DNA of 63,547 bases, filler included. It is 9 parts of 9 records of this genome, joined end to end, with 100 filler letters (N's around TTAATTAATTAA, not from the genome) between each part and the next. Parts side by side here need not be neighbours in the genome. Positions count along the whole stretch, not along the records: positions 1 to 3,653 come from SRR7504441_7521; positions 3,754 to 16,664 come from SRR7504441_7523; 7 more parts are not named here. One strand, 5' to 3'. The stretch's first letter is position 1; the number at the start of each line of letters is the position of its first letter. Below the pieces are notes generated by a model. It was not told the DNA's origin. It did not search any database and was given only the letters and a program-made list of their open reading frames with translations. The translations under genes were made by a program, and so were the position numbers. Shown here in pieces: positions 1 through 11,058 of the stretch.

Positions 1-160
1 ATCATGTTGGTTTTTACAACATGACACGTCTTTACAATGCATTGAATAATTCATTCATATCACATCACATCCATATATGCATGATCACATCTAGGTTTGA
101 TCAAGAGTAATCCATGTTACAGTACAGGTTAATTAATAATACTTGTCTTGTGACCTCAGT

Positions 161-1143
161 CTACTCTAATTCGGCAAGCAATTTTGTTCTATGCTCATCA
201 AGTTGAGGCGCAGGTCGTACGGTTAGAGCTTCCGGGAATGCGGTGTATTTGATCGGGAGGCCTGGTTGGCGAACGTGGCCTATTTGGGGGTGTTCGGCGC
301 TGACAATCATATTGCGCGCCTGCAATTGCTCGTGCTCGGCCACGGCATCTAGCTTATTGATAGGCCCGCACGGCACGCCCGCCTTGGTCAGCAGCTCGGT
401 CCAATGCTTGGCCGGCTGTGTCTGGAGCACTGCCGTCATCTCGTGCACCAACTCTTCCAAGTGCTCCAGCCGGGCGTTGTTGGTGCTAAATTCCTCTCTC
501 TCTGCCCACTCTGGCCGCCCCAGTGCAGTCGCAATTTTTTTAAACAATATATTATTGCCACCAGCAATCATCATGTCGTCATCCTGGGTGCTGAAAGCTT
601 GAAACGGGGCAATCGAGCGATGAGAGCACCCCGTCTTAGCCGGCAGCTTGCCCGTGGCCATGAAGGAGCTCAGTTCAATGTTCTGCAGCGCTGCCTGGCA
701 ATCTAACATGCTCACATCCACCCTGGTCGCCTCCCCAGTCTGTGCTCTGTGGAACAGGGCCGCCTGGGCACCGATTGTGGCATACAACCCCGCGCCCAGG
801 TCGCCAATAGACACCCCGACCCTTGTCGGCCCGGTGGACTCGTACCCTGTCAGGCTGATGATGCCGCCTTCGCCTTGCACCACTGCATCGTATGCCGGTT
901 TGAGAGAGCAAGGCCCTGTCTGGCCATAGCCTGAGATTGAGACCAGAATCAGCCGCGGGAACCGTTGGTGCAGCGACTCCCAGCCCAGACCGAGCTTATC
1001 TAACACGCCCGGCCGAAAGTTCTCCACTAGCAGGTCAGCCTTGGCCAGCAGCCGCTCCAGCAGCCGGGCTGCTCGCGCTGCTGCCGGCGGGCTAGTTCGC
1101 GCTCGAGCAGGTCGGTGGGTACAGCTGACAGATCACAGGCCAT
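161..1143 (-). CDS. CaiB/BaiF (family III) CoA-transferase, N-terminally truncated or frameshifted; possible pseudogene
   Basis: Motifs ADLLVENFRPG, SISGYGQTGP, AYD, SIGD (catalytic Asp), VDVSMLD, APFQAF, GVPCGPIN, PAPQLDEH. The frame is open only to ~1133; the nearest ATG (1143) is in another frame and the family's N-terminal ~80-90 aa are absent. Confidence 0.85.
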
Positions 1144-1298
1144 CCCGCACTGTTCTACGCACTGTGGGTGACTCGGGTCGGGGACCCCTACAGTGCCTAC
1201 AGTGCACCCCATTTAGGGTAAACCCGACCCCATCTCCTCGGCACCCTTCATAATTTTTTTTTGATGAGAGGAGCTCGGGAGACATACTCAGCGATTGG

Positions 1299-2343
1299 AT
1301 GGGCGAGGACAGTGAGCGGCTGCTGGCCCAGCCGGACGAGGAGGACTTCCTCGACCGGCCGCTCGGTGCAAGAGCCACTGACTGGCTGGCCTGCTGCACC
1401 CGCCGGCGCGACGTCGCCCGGTGGCACCTAGCACTCGCCGGGCTGGCCGGGCTGGCGCTTGGGCTGCTGATCCGGTCTGGCGCTGCGCCTGAGCCACCGA
1501 TGTTTGGGGCGCCACTGTGCACAGAGAGTGGCTGCTGGGAGCTGCCGGATGCGGCCAGCCCTCGCACGCCGTACAGTAGCAAGTCGGTGAAGGTGGCCGA
1601 GTGGCCCGATATAGGCTGAGTGCACGGTAGGGGCTCGTCGACTGGTTTGAGCTGCACGAGCGGATGGCGCAGGAAGCGCTGGCCAAATCCCAGGACTGTC
1701 GCCTGCTATTTATAGGTATGCGCCCGCGATTTCGAGGCTAAGACTGGGTGCAGGCGACTCGATAACGCGGCGGTTGCGAGAGTCGGGCCTGCTAGAGGAG
1801 CATTGGAGCTCCCACAGTCCGTTAGCGCTGGCCATCAGCGGCGACCAGACCCAGCACTTGCTCTGGCGGCTGGCCAACGGGGAACTGCCCCGCCAGTTGC
1901 AGCCCGAAGTGATTGTTGTGCTGATCGGCACCAACAACATCGGTGCCGGGATGTCTCCAGCGCTGGCTGTGAAGGGAATCGCCGCTGTGCTCAAACAACT
2001 GAGGACAACCCGTCCGTTAGTGCATGTCATCCTTCTCGGGCTGTTCCCCCGTGGCGACTCGTATGATCGGATCAGTAAATTGGGGGCTCAGGCGGAGTTA
2101 ATTCTAGCCATCCACGAGATTAACAAACAGATAGAGCAACTGGCAGAGCAGGAGCCGGTGGGTCTCTCGGGCAGGCCGATGGTCAAGTACTTGGATTGCT
2201 CCGGGGTGTTTCTGGACGGGCCGCGCCGGGATAGAGTGATTAACGAGGCGGTTATGCCGGACTTGCTGCACCCGAATCTTGAGGGGGTCAAGCTGTGGAT
2301 GAAGTGCATGGAACCCGAGATAGGGAGGTTGCTCGATAGATAG
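1299..2343 (+). CDS. Membrane-anchored SGNH/GDSL hydrolase (PAF-acetylhydrolase IB-like), 2 introns (1593-1630, 1716-1753; both 38 nt)
   Basis: Splicing restores LLFIGDSIT; also AISGDQTQHLLWRL, LIGTNN, LGLFPRG, DLLHPN (blocks I, II, III, V); N-terminal hydrophobic helix. Confidence 0.88.
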
Positions 2344-2494
2344 CGGTATGCTAATGAAACAACCAACAGTTTATAATAATACAGGCATGAGTTTATGTGT
2401 GTGTAGAATCAGCGTAAAAGTGTAGGCATGTGGATCTGGTCATGAGGCGCTACCATTCTCGTAAGACCAGTGCTTAGGAACGGCATAGCCAACC

Positions 2495-3621
2495 TCACTT
2501 GGCAAGCATCAGCCGCGCCAGATGGGCCACAATCCGCTCGTAAAACATAAACCGGAACCCATTCTGCAGAATCAGCTGCAGCAGCCGCGGCCGCAGCCCA
2601 GCAAACAGTGCACCCACCCCACGATTGCTCGCAACGCGGCAGATGCAATCCAACGTGCCCTGCCAACAACGCTCGGCCCTGCCTGTTGCCGCCGCCCACC
2701 GTATAGTGCGGCTGAGCCGTGCCCCCTTTGTCGGCGTCCTGGGGCTTGGCCTGGTTTTGCATGATCGATCCGGCAGTAGTCAAAGGGAATGTAATGACTG
2801 TTGCGATGCACTTACACAGCGCCCCCAGGACGAATACTTGCCCAGGGCTCACAAACAGCCCGGGGCAGGCGCCCACCTACAGCCGCCGCCTCGAGTGCCC
2901 CTGGTGAAACCCTGTTGAGCAGCTTTTTGAACTGTTCGTAGCATGTCAGTTGAATCGCTGACCCCAGCACAATTCCAAACGCCCCTCCCAGCCCGGCAAA
3001 GAACGCCTTCAGCCCCTCCGCCCTGCCCCCTGCGGTCAGCGCCGCCCGGGCAGGTGGTGCACCGGTAGACCTTGCGGATGCAATCGACGATCCCGTCGTA
3101 GTTTTGGCTGGATTTAAGCATTAGCCTCGTGTTAATCATCCAGATAGGCTCCGAGAGCACCTTCAGCCCAAATCAGGACCCAGCGCACCCGGGTGGCATC
3201 ACCGCCGTGAGCACCCCCGCCCCGAGCCCAGCCATCATGTCCATTCCAGCGCTGAGCGTCTGCGCGCTCTGGCCAGTCTGGAGCACCGCTTTCACGAAGC
3301 TATGCGACCCAAAGAAAACAAACTGAGTGGAGGCCATCGCCACCAGCCCGCTGGATATCCCCTGGTAGAACCTGCCCGCCTCCTCCCCCCTCTGGACCGC
3401 CTGGTGGCGGCACCCCGGCACGCCACGCTCGGTCATTATCTCAGCAACGCTCCGGGCCATTGACTGCTCCCCCCGAGTCTGCATCTCCTTGGAGAGCTGC
3501 CCATGGCGTCAGCGGCCTACACGGCCCGCCGACTGGCCTTCTCCAGCGGATAGACCAGCGAGATCGCCATCACGCTCCCAGCGGCCCCAGCCACCCCATT
3601 GGCCAGCGCCTCCGAGGCCAT
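2495..3621 (-). CDS. Mitochondrial-carrier family protein (peroxisomal PMP34/SLC25A17-like), multi-intron
   Basis: Three carrier repeats: YPLEK.., EPIWMINTRL, TFPLTT; GFYQG, DGIVDCIRKVYRAEG; first intron is GC-AG (3497-3537). Confidence 0.85.
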
Positions 3622-3653
3622 TTCTTCTTGTAAATAACGGAAAAAATGTGGGG

Positions 3654-3753
3654 NNNNNNNNNNNNNNNNNNNNNNNNNNNNNNNNNNNNNNNNNNNNTTA
3701 ATTAATTAANNNNNNNNNNNNNNNNNNNNNNNNNNNNNNNNNNNNNNNNNNNN
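3654..3753. other. Artificial contig linker
   Basis: N44-TTAATTAATTAA-N44, stops in all six frames. Confidence 0.98.
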
Positions 3754-3908
3754 GTCCGTCGAGGACTACTCCTACGACTACACCTATAACTCCTATTTAA
3801 TTTTGCATGCCAGCACATGGCCATGACATGGACCACACGGCGATGCCACGTACAGTCGTACACCCTACCTTGGCTTAACGTCACTGCGGTAACCTCCAGC
3901 TTGCCCGA

Positions 3909-5011
3909 TCAGTCGTAAAGACCATCGTCAGTATCGACGTCGACTACTGGGCTACCGATGGCCAGGCTAGGGCTTGCCTCCACATCGGCACTCGGGCTCA
4001 GATTGGAGTCGTCGTCAACTTCATCGTCACTGGCGCTAGCACGGGCCTTCTGGAGCTCGTCGGAGACGCCTTCCATTAGATCAGGGAAGCAGTGGCCAAA
4101 CTCGCGATCCCAGCGCTGCTTCACCCTGTCTTCGGTCTTCTTGATGACCGCATTGTCTTCGGCTCGCTTGAACTCCATCTCAGTCAGCATCTGCGGCACA
4201 GGCTCAGCCGGGGGACACCGGGCGGCCCACCGAGTCCAGCGAGGGCGCCACATGCTCAAACTCGCATAGCTTAGTCTGGCGCTTGGGGTCATTCGCAGCG
4301 CGCTGGGCCGCAGGGGCCGCCTTCCTCTTCTGCGAACGGGGCTGCACAGTCTGCTTCTTGTTGGTGTCCTTCATGCTTAGCCGCTGGAGCGCCGACTGCT
4401 GCTTAGCGGGCCTGGCGCTCGTGTCGGAGGGTGAATCGTCATCGACGGAAACAGCGGCGCGGCGAGCGAGCAGTTGCTCGGTGGCACTCTGGCCCTTGCT
4501 GGCGGCTGGAGCGCTCGTAGCCTTCTTTCGCATCGCCAGTAGCCGGGCCGTGGCCGACTGAGGCTTGCGCACGTCGTCCTCGTCGTCTTCGATCTCGGAC
4601 TCGCTCGACGGTTCAAAATCGGGCTCCTTTGGTGGGAGCTCGATCAGCTTCCGGCCGCGGATGGGGCCGTTGCCCGCCGGGAACCTGGGCCTCGGCTCGT
4701 CCCGTGCTGGGCCGGCGGCACTCGATGTCAGCCCGGCAGCCTCATCGAAGATGCTCAGCCCTTTGGTGCTGCTCCGCCTTTGCGGCGGGCGCTCGGGGCT
4801 CGGCTTGGGCGGCAGCGGTCGGCGCTCACCGAGCTGCTGGCTCTCCAGCCGCTGGGTCTCCTGCCGGGCCTCCTGCTCGTTGTACGGTTTGGCTGCCAGC
4901 TTCTCGACGTCGGCTGACCCGGCGGGCTCAGACGGATGGCTGACCCGGGCGGGGCTCACCGAGGGCGTCGGCCATGAAGTCGTCGTCCATGTCAAACTCC
5001 TCGTACGGCAT
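3909..5011 (-). CDS. Hypothetical, largely disordered acidic/basic protein, 2 introns
   Basis: MPYEEFDMDDDFMADAL spliced to ORF 4204-5115, then to ORF 3909-4292 via GT-AG introns; no family recognised. Confidence 0.6.
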
Positions 5012-5187
5012 CGCACGCCGGCTGCCCGCTGGCTGAGCAGGCACCCCGGCCCGACGGCTTGACACTGCCGGGAAACGCCGGAGAGCCTCAGACCCCACAC
5101 GGCGGCAAGCACCACTCAGGCCTTCAAAATGCTGCGCAGCTGCAGCTGGAGTTTCATCAATGGGACCGAAATATCTACCTGGCGCCG

Positions 5188-6236
5188 ATGGAGTTTGAGC
5201 CGTCGGCCAGGCCCGGCGGAGGGGGCCAAGTCCCGCCGAGCCCGGTCGGCTGCCCAGTCCCGCCGCCGGCCTCCCCGCCCCGGGCCCGGAGCCCGCCCAG
5301 CCCCGAGCTCGAAAGACTGCTCGGCCCGACCCGCCCGGCGGCTCGGCCCGCCGACCCACCGGAGCCGGCCCCGGAATGGGAGCCACTGCCGCCAATGGCC
5401 GCGGTGCTGGCCGAGTACACGGCAGACCGTCGCTGCGTGGCCGGCCAGATGCCACAGGAGCTCGCGGCCCGGCAGGCCGAGCTGGAGCAGCGGTGCAGCG
5501 ATCTGGCCGAGCTTTACGAGCGACTGGCCGGCGAGTTCTCCGGGCGTGCCCGGGCGCAGGTACTCCGGCACTGGCTCGAGCGCCAGGGCCACCACCTGTG
5601 CCGGCCGCCGGTCCGGTCCGGTCTGGACGGCTCGGGGGAATGGGAGGCAGCCCGGGCGGACGTCATGCTGAGCCGGGCGCATGTGGATGCTTGCGTGGCC
5701 ACCGAGAAGGACAAGGCGGCCGCGTGCGTGGACGAGCTGCACCAGATGCACGAGCAAGCTCGGAGCGAGCTCCGAGAGCTGTTTAGGAGGAGCCAAGCTG
5801 AGTGGGCTGAGCGGGTGCAGGCCAGGCTGCCGCTCGAAGCGGAGGTGCGCCCGACCCGGCCGGCAGAGCTCTGAGTGGGCCGGGCAGGTGGAGCGGATAG
5901 AGGCGGCGGCGGCTGACCTGGCCGAGCAGAACGCTGAGCGCAGGGCTGCTGTAGAGGCCGTGCAGTCTGTGTGCGAGATGACACTGATCAACCAGCAGCT
6001 GAGGCAGCAGGCGGCCAATAAGCGGAGGCTGCTGGCGCATCTGGAGGAGGTGAACTTGCAGTGTGTTCTGGCTGAGCACTGAGCTGGGACGGCAGGCAAA
6101 GGTGCATGAGGCGCGGCTGAGTTCGATGCTGGACTCCGTGAATCGGCAGGCGAACGACCGGAGGGAGACTGCGGAGGTGGTGGATCTAGTTGTGCAGGGC
6201 CTTGCAGGCGGACCCAGCTACGCCCAGCCGAGCTAG
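5188..6236 (+). CDS. Hypothetical Pro-rich plus coiled-coil protein, 2 introns
   Basis: ORF 5059-5874 joined via intron 5845-5887 to a coiled-coil exon, then a further intron, ending TAG 6234-6236. Confidence 0.6.
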
Positions 6237-6338
6237 CGGCGCCTGGTTGCTCTGCATTCGACTTTGAACTTATTTAGCGCCGTAGTAGCAAGTACAATAA
6301 AGAGTGTCCATACATAGTCCCGAGCCTAATGGCGGCGG

Positions 6339-6743
6339 CTATGCGCCCTTCTGCTTCGGGGGCTCCTCCAACCAGCCGGCCGCCTTGTACAGGCCCATCA
6401 GGGCCACCGACGCGGTGCCAGCAACCACCCCTACCAGCACAGTCTCCAGCGGAAGCCCGTGGTACACCTCCAGCGCGAACATGGCTTCGAACGCCACAAA
6501 CGTCCAGAGCACCGACGCAAACGCCGGCCCGCTGGTCGGGCAGCACACGAACACCAGCCGCACTCCGGCGATCGAGAGAGCGTACGATCCGAGCACCCGG
6601 CTAAGCGTGGAAGGCTCCAGGCCAAAGACGTGCCGCGAGCCCGGGAAGAGGGCCTCGAGCGTGGACGGGTTGCTGATGGCGAGCAGCCCGCTGGCCAGGT
6701 TGTAGATCACGATGCAGCCCAGCCAGGCACGGAGCAGCAGCAT
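6339..6743 (-). CDS. ERG28: Erg28-like 4-TM ER membrane protein
   Basis: 134 aa, four hydrophobic segments; LRAWL, LSRVLGSY, VRL, LWTFV..F..E, VAGTASV follow the Erg28 pattern. Confidence 0.55.
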   Translation of the reverse strand: MLLLRAWLGCIVIYNLASGLLAISNPSTLEALFPGSRHVFGLEPSTLSRVLGSYALSIAGVRLVFVCCPTSGPAFASVLWTFVAFEAMFALEVYHGLPLETVLVGVVAGTASVALMGLYKAAGWLEEPPKQKGA

Positions 6744-6803
6744 ATGCCGTTAGATGTCGTTGTCACAGGCTGACGGCGTTCGGTTGCTGCTCCTAGGTGT
6801 CCC

Positions 6804-8850
6804 ATGGCCGGCGAGTTCTCCGGTCGTGCCCGGGCTGGGGCGGCGGCGTCTCGCCGGGTGCGCTCGACCACCCCGGTGCGCCGCGGCGGCTGGTCGCACG
6901 CCGACGGGAGCTCGCGTGCGGTCCGACTGCCCCCGCGGAGCCGGAATGGCCAGCAGCTGATCAGGGAGGAGTGGGAAGCCCAGGCCGGCAACCTGGGGCT
7001 GCCGGGCGACTGGTCTCTGGCCCGTCACACTGGCAGGCCGCCGCCCACACCCGAGCCGGCCGAGGACCAGCTGGACTGGCCGCCCAGCCGGGTGGCGGCC
7101 TGGCTTGATGGGCTCGGTCTCGACCCGCAGGCGACCGGGCCGTGCTCGGGCTGCGGCTGAGTCGGTGGGTAGGTGGGCGAGGCGGCCCGGCGGCTGGGGG
7201 TGGACGGGGCCACCATGGAGCAGACCGCGGTGTCGCGGGACCTTGAGTCGCTCAAGGAGCTCGGGATCAACTCCGGTCTCCAACGGAATAAAGTCATCGG
7301 CCGGTGGCTGGCAGCTCGCCGCCCGTCTGTGGTGCCAACGGTAAGCGGGCGGGTGGAACAGAGGAGCCAGCCGCAGCAGCCCCGGGCGCGCTGCGCCACA
7401 CGTGACCCGAGTCCCGGACAGCGGGCACAGCGGCAGGGTGCGGCAGCATGGCTAGCGGCGGCTCTGACTGTGTCGCAGGAAATCGGCCCAGCGGTCCACC
7501 CATTGGTCGGATGAGTGCTGGCAGGGCGCGCCGCAGCATCACTCCGCGCGGGGATCGGTCGGCGGGCTTCGGGTGGGTGCTGGCCTGGCTGCGGCCGATC
7601 CTGTCTGTGCAGGCACCAGGCGGCCGGCCGGACCCGGATCTCAGACCGGAGTGCCACCCCTCGGGGGGACAGCAGCCGGAGCAACCGAATCGAACAGCCG
7701 CGGCTGGTGCCGACTCCGACGCTGCAGCTGCCGTCGACCAGTGGGCTTACGTTATCAGACCTTAGTGACGAGAGCGGGGGCGCTGTGCCGACTGAGAAGC
7801 CCCGATCTGCCATACGGAGCAATAACAGCACACCGCGGGTGCCCCCCCCCCTCGGCGGTCTGAGCGGGGAGGCAGGGTCCGCTGCAGTGGGCAGACCAGT
7901 CAGGGGTAGGCCCATTAGAGTGGGAGCAGTGTACACAAGGCAAGTGCCACATCCGCCAGCTGCTCACTGGGCAGGCAGGTCAACCGAACAACTACGGCTC
8001 CCGCGGCCCCACCCCCGAGCCCGAATCGCCGCGCACGCTCTACAACCGCCAGCCGGACAGCAGGCCAGTGCAGTTTAAGAGCACACCCACTCCGCAGCCG
8101 GATCTCGCCTCGCCAGGAAGCGAGCTGCTCTCTGAGTCGGAGATCCGCGACGCATTCGGCAAGCTGGATGCGGGGCCGAGCTCGCATTCGGGCTCAGTCG
8201 AGCCGCGTGACGGCAGCCTGAGCCCAATCAGCCCGCCGCTGGCACAGTGGGACGAGCCGGAGCTGGAGCCGACGGCCGGCCAGCCGAGCCAGCTCGAGAG
8301 GACAGTGCTGTGGGCCGACTCGCCGGCGGAGCGGGCCGCTGAGCAGCGGCTTCGGGCGCAGTTTGCGGCCGCTGCGAAGGCCAAGGCGGCGCTCGAGGCT
8401 GCACTGGAGCGAGAGGCTGCCAGGAGAGAACTGGAGAGTGAGGTGGCCCCAGATGAGCGGCCTGTGAGCAGCCAGCCGGCAGCCGAGGAGGTGTGGCTAA
8501 TGGGCGGGCGGGCGTTGAGTGTCGGCTTGCAGCGCAAACCGGCCCGGCAGCAGCGACCGGGGATGCTCATGCGCGGCCGCTGGGCGCTCGCACCGGAGAG
8601 CAAGGGGAGCAGCCGAGGACAGAACAGGCCCAAGCCAGTTCACGAGCGGCTGTACGCTGCGGCGATGTCTCCCAAGTCGCCGCGGCCGTACGAGCCCAGT
8701 ACCCGCAAGCAGCTGACGAGCAGGCGGGTAGTAAGCACGCCTAGTAGAGGTGGCTGGGAGAATGGGAGGACGCCTCGGTATGCGCGTGGGACGTTTGCTC
8801 GGCCCTCACCCAGCCGGACGCGGCCAACACCAACCAGGCAGTGGCTCTAA
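6804..8850 (+). CDS. SAM-domain protein with long low-complexity tail; exon structure partly unresolved
   Basis: DWPPSRVAAWLDGLGL, then GC-AG intron 7131-7172, then RLGVDGATM..LKELGINSGLQRNKVI; downstream ORFs 7515-8078 and 8068-8850. Confidence 0.55.
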
Positions 8851-8979
8851 TAGGAGATTCATCTCACCTTTATTAAACCATTTAGCTGATCGCAAGCTTG
8901 TAGACCTATCTATTGCTCATCTACTTTTGATTATGTCACAATGCCATGGATTGGACTGATTATTGGAAGGTTAGGTTTC

Positions 8980-9969
8980 CTAGTTACCTTCATTACTTTC
9001 AGGGCTAGCCTTGAAGCTTGCAATGATCTTGGCAGCCATGGTGTCCAAATGAGTAAGCTCGGTGTCACCCATGCCGGCCTCGACTGTGGATTCTCCGAAC
9101 GTGCCCTTGCCGCATAGAGCCGCCCGGCACTCTTTGCCCTTCTCACTTGCGTTGTACTTCACAATCTTGGGCCTCGAGTTCATCATCGCATGGTGCTTCA
9201 AAAGGTGCGGCTTGTCAGCGAACAGCAGCCCGAACGCCTCCTCGCCATCTTTTGCCGCCTTGAGGAAGGTGAACATGGTGTCCACCGCTCGATAGATCGC
9301 AAAATCGGCCATTGTCACCTGTGAACCGACTGCAAACCTGCTCGCACTCTTGCTGAGCACGTCTTCCAGGTTCTGATATTTCAACGGCAGCCCGGCTGAC
9401 GGGCCGCCAAATCCACCGATGCAGTCGCTATCCCAGTCGCGCTTTTCCCAGATACAGTAGCAGATGTTGATGATCAGATCCTCATAAAGGTGCTGCTGGA
9501 TCATCAGCACCTCAGCCCGCTCCATGGCATCGGTCGGCATGTACCCGAACACCTCGGCCACATAGTACGCGCAGGCCGCCGTCTCGTTCAGCCGGCGGCC
9601 GCTGTGCTCTAACATGGGGAGCGCGTGCAACGGGCCGCTACTGACCGGATCGAACTTCTGTTCCGGCCAGAGCCCCCCACCGAAGACCTCCGGCGTGTTG
9701 ACCACCTCATCCTCGAAGTCGATGCCGTCGGTGCCGCCGTCGTGCAGCATGTACCGGGTGACCTGCCCGCGGCCTTGGCAGTTCCAGTACCGAAAGTGAA
9801 TCTTGTTCTGTGTCGGCGGGGCAGCCTGGGGCTCGGGGGCAGCCTGGGGCTCGGGCGCGGCCGGCTGCCGGCCGGCCTTGATGCGGTCGGCCACTGAGAT
9901 GGCCGGCTGTGGGTGCGGGCCCGGTGGGCACCAGAAGTACGGTCCGATCGGGGGTGCGTAGAAGCTCAT
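8980..9969 (-). CDS. Glutathione S-transferase, intronless
   Basis: RYWNCQGRGQVTRYML, ALPMLE, LNETAACAYYVAEVFG, FAVGSQVTMADFAIY; N-terminal 18-nt tandem duplication (APEPQA x2). Confidence 0.88.
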   Translation of the reverse strand: MSFYAPPIGPYFWCPPGPHPQPAISVADRIKAGRQPAAPEPQAAPEPQAAPPTQNKIHFRYWNCQGRGQVTRYMLHDGGTDGIDFEDEVVNTPEVFGGGLWPEQKFDPVSSGPLHALPMLEHSGRRLNETAACAYYVAEVFGYMPTDAMERAEVLMIQQHLYEDLIINICYCIWEKRDWDSDCIGGFGGPSAGLPLKYQNLEDVLSKSASRFAVGSQVTMADFAIYRAVDTMFTFLKAAKDGEEAFGLLFADKPHLLKHHAMMNSRPKIVKYNASEKGKECRAALCGKGTFGESTVEAGMGDTELTHLDTMAAKIIASFKASPESNEGN

Positions 9970-10229
9970 GCGGCCTTCTCGGTCTCGAGTGTGTCAGTTA
10001 TGATTCAGTTGTTGGCAAGCGTCGCATAACGGCAGCGCGCAGCGCATGTAAAACGCAGGTAAAACGAGTGTGGAGCCCCTTAAAATTGTGTTGAATGCAT
10101 TAAAACAATGTAGTTCCATATTGCAATGATATCACGATTACAATTCAACAAAGTTCTGGCGACGTGTCCACAAGGGACCTCGCATGACCTCGTAATAATA
10201 CAGCTGTTGTCACACCCTCAAAACAAATC

Positions 10230-11039
10230 TCAAAAGCCGGCCCAGTAACGTTCGTTTGCAGCCTGGGGCGACAAAGCCTTCTCGACATCAGTATGCTGCT
10301 TGGAACCAGGCCAACAACGGTTGCTCCAACTCCCCGACTCGCTTCCCTGTGTCTCCTTCACCAAGAGCGCCGCAGTGTGCTCGGCAAAGTCTGTTAGCCC
10401 AGTCTCTCCGCACTTCCACCAGGCCGGCCTGCTCGTCCGCGCCATTGCCTCCCTTCGCGCGGCCCGGCGCCAGCGAGTCCACGGGTGAGTCATCATCAGC
10501 CCGGATCCGGCCAGCAACAACCCGGCTAGCCCACTGGCCAGCCCCACCAGCACAGGCCTCTCCAGCCAAGACAGCGTGTGCACCGCTAGCAGCATCGCAG
10601 CAAGCTGTTTGCTCCCGGCAATCCGAGCCAGCCAGCACCCAGCCCCCGCTGCGGCCACCACAGCCAGCAGTATCCCAGCCAGCAGGGCGACCGTGTGGTG
10701 CACCCGCCGGCGACCCCAACCGGAGCGCAGTCCCCCCTTGAGCAGCCGCGTCGGTGTGAGCATGGCCGCCCCGGTCCAGGCGGCGGCCAGCAGCACCCCG
10801 GCGGCCAGCACTCCCAGCGGACCGGAGCAGTGCACCGCCAGCAGCAGCCGCTGCAACCGGATCAGCCCCGCGGCCTTGGCGAGCGGGGCGAGCCCGGCGG
10901 TAGCCGCGGAGCACAGCAGCACTGGCCCAGCCGCCAGCGCGATCCGCTGGTGCAGCTCTCGTGCCGCTTGCTGCTCCGCCTCGTCCTCATCATCTTCCCT
11001 ATCTACGACATGGGGCTCCATCGATGTTGTTGTGCTCAT
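10230..11039 (-). CDS. Hypothetical multi-pass membrane protein
   Basis: Open frame with acidic N-terminus and ~5 Leu/Ala/Gly-rich hydrophobic segments; start could be 11021. Confidence 0.55.
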   Translation of the reverse strand: MSTTTSMEPHVVDREDDEDEAEQQAARELHQRIALAAGPVLLCSAATAGLAPLAKAAGLIRLQRLLLAVHCSGPLGVLAAGVLLAAAWTGAAMLTPTRLLKGGLRSGWGRRRVHHTVALLAGILLAVVAAAGAGCWLARIAGSKQLAAMLLAVHTLSWLERPVLVGLASGLAGLLLAGSGLMMTHPWTRWRRAARREAMARTSRPAWWKCGETGLTDFAEHTAALLVKETQGSESGSWSNRCWPGSKQHTDVEKALSPQAANERYWAGF

Positions 11040-11058
11040 TCCGATTCGGTCTCTCAGA

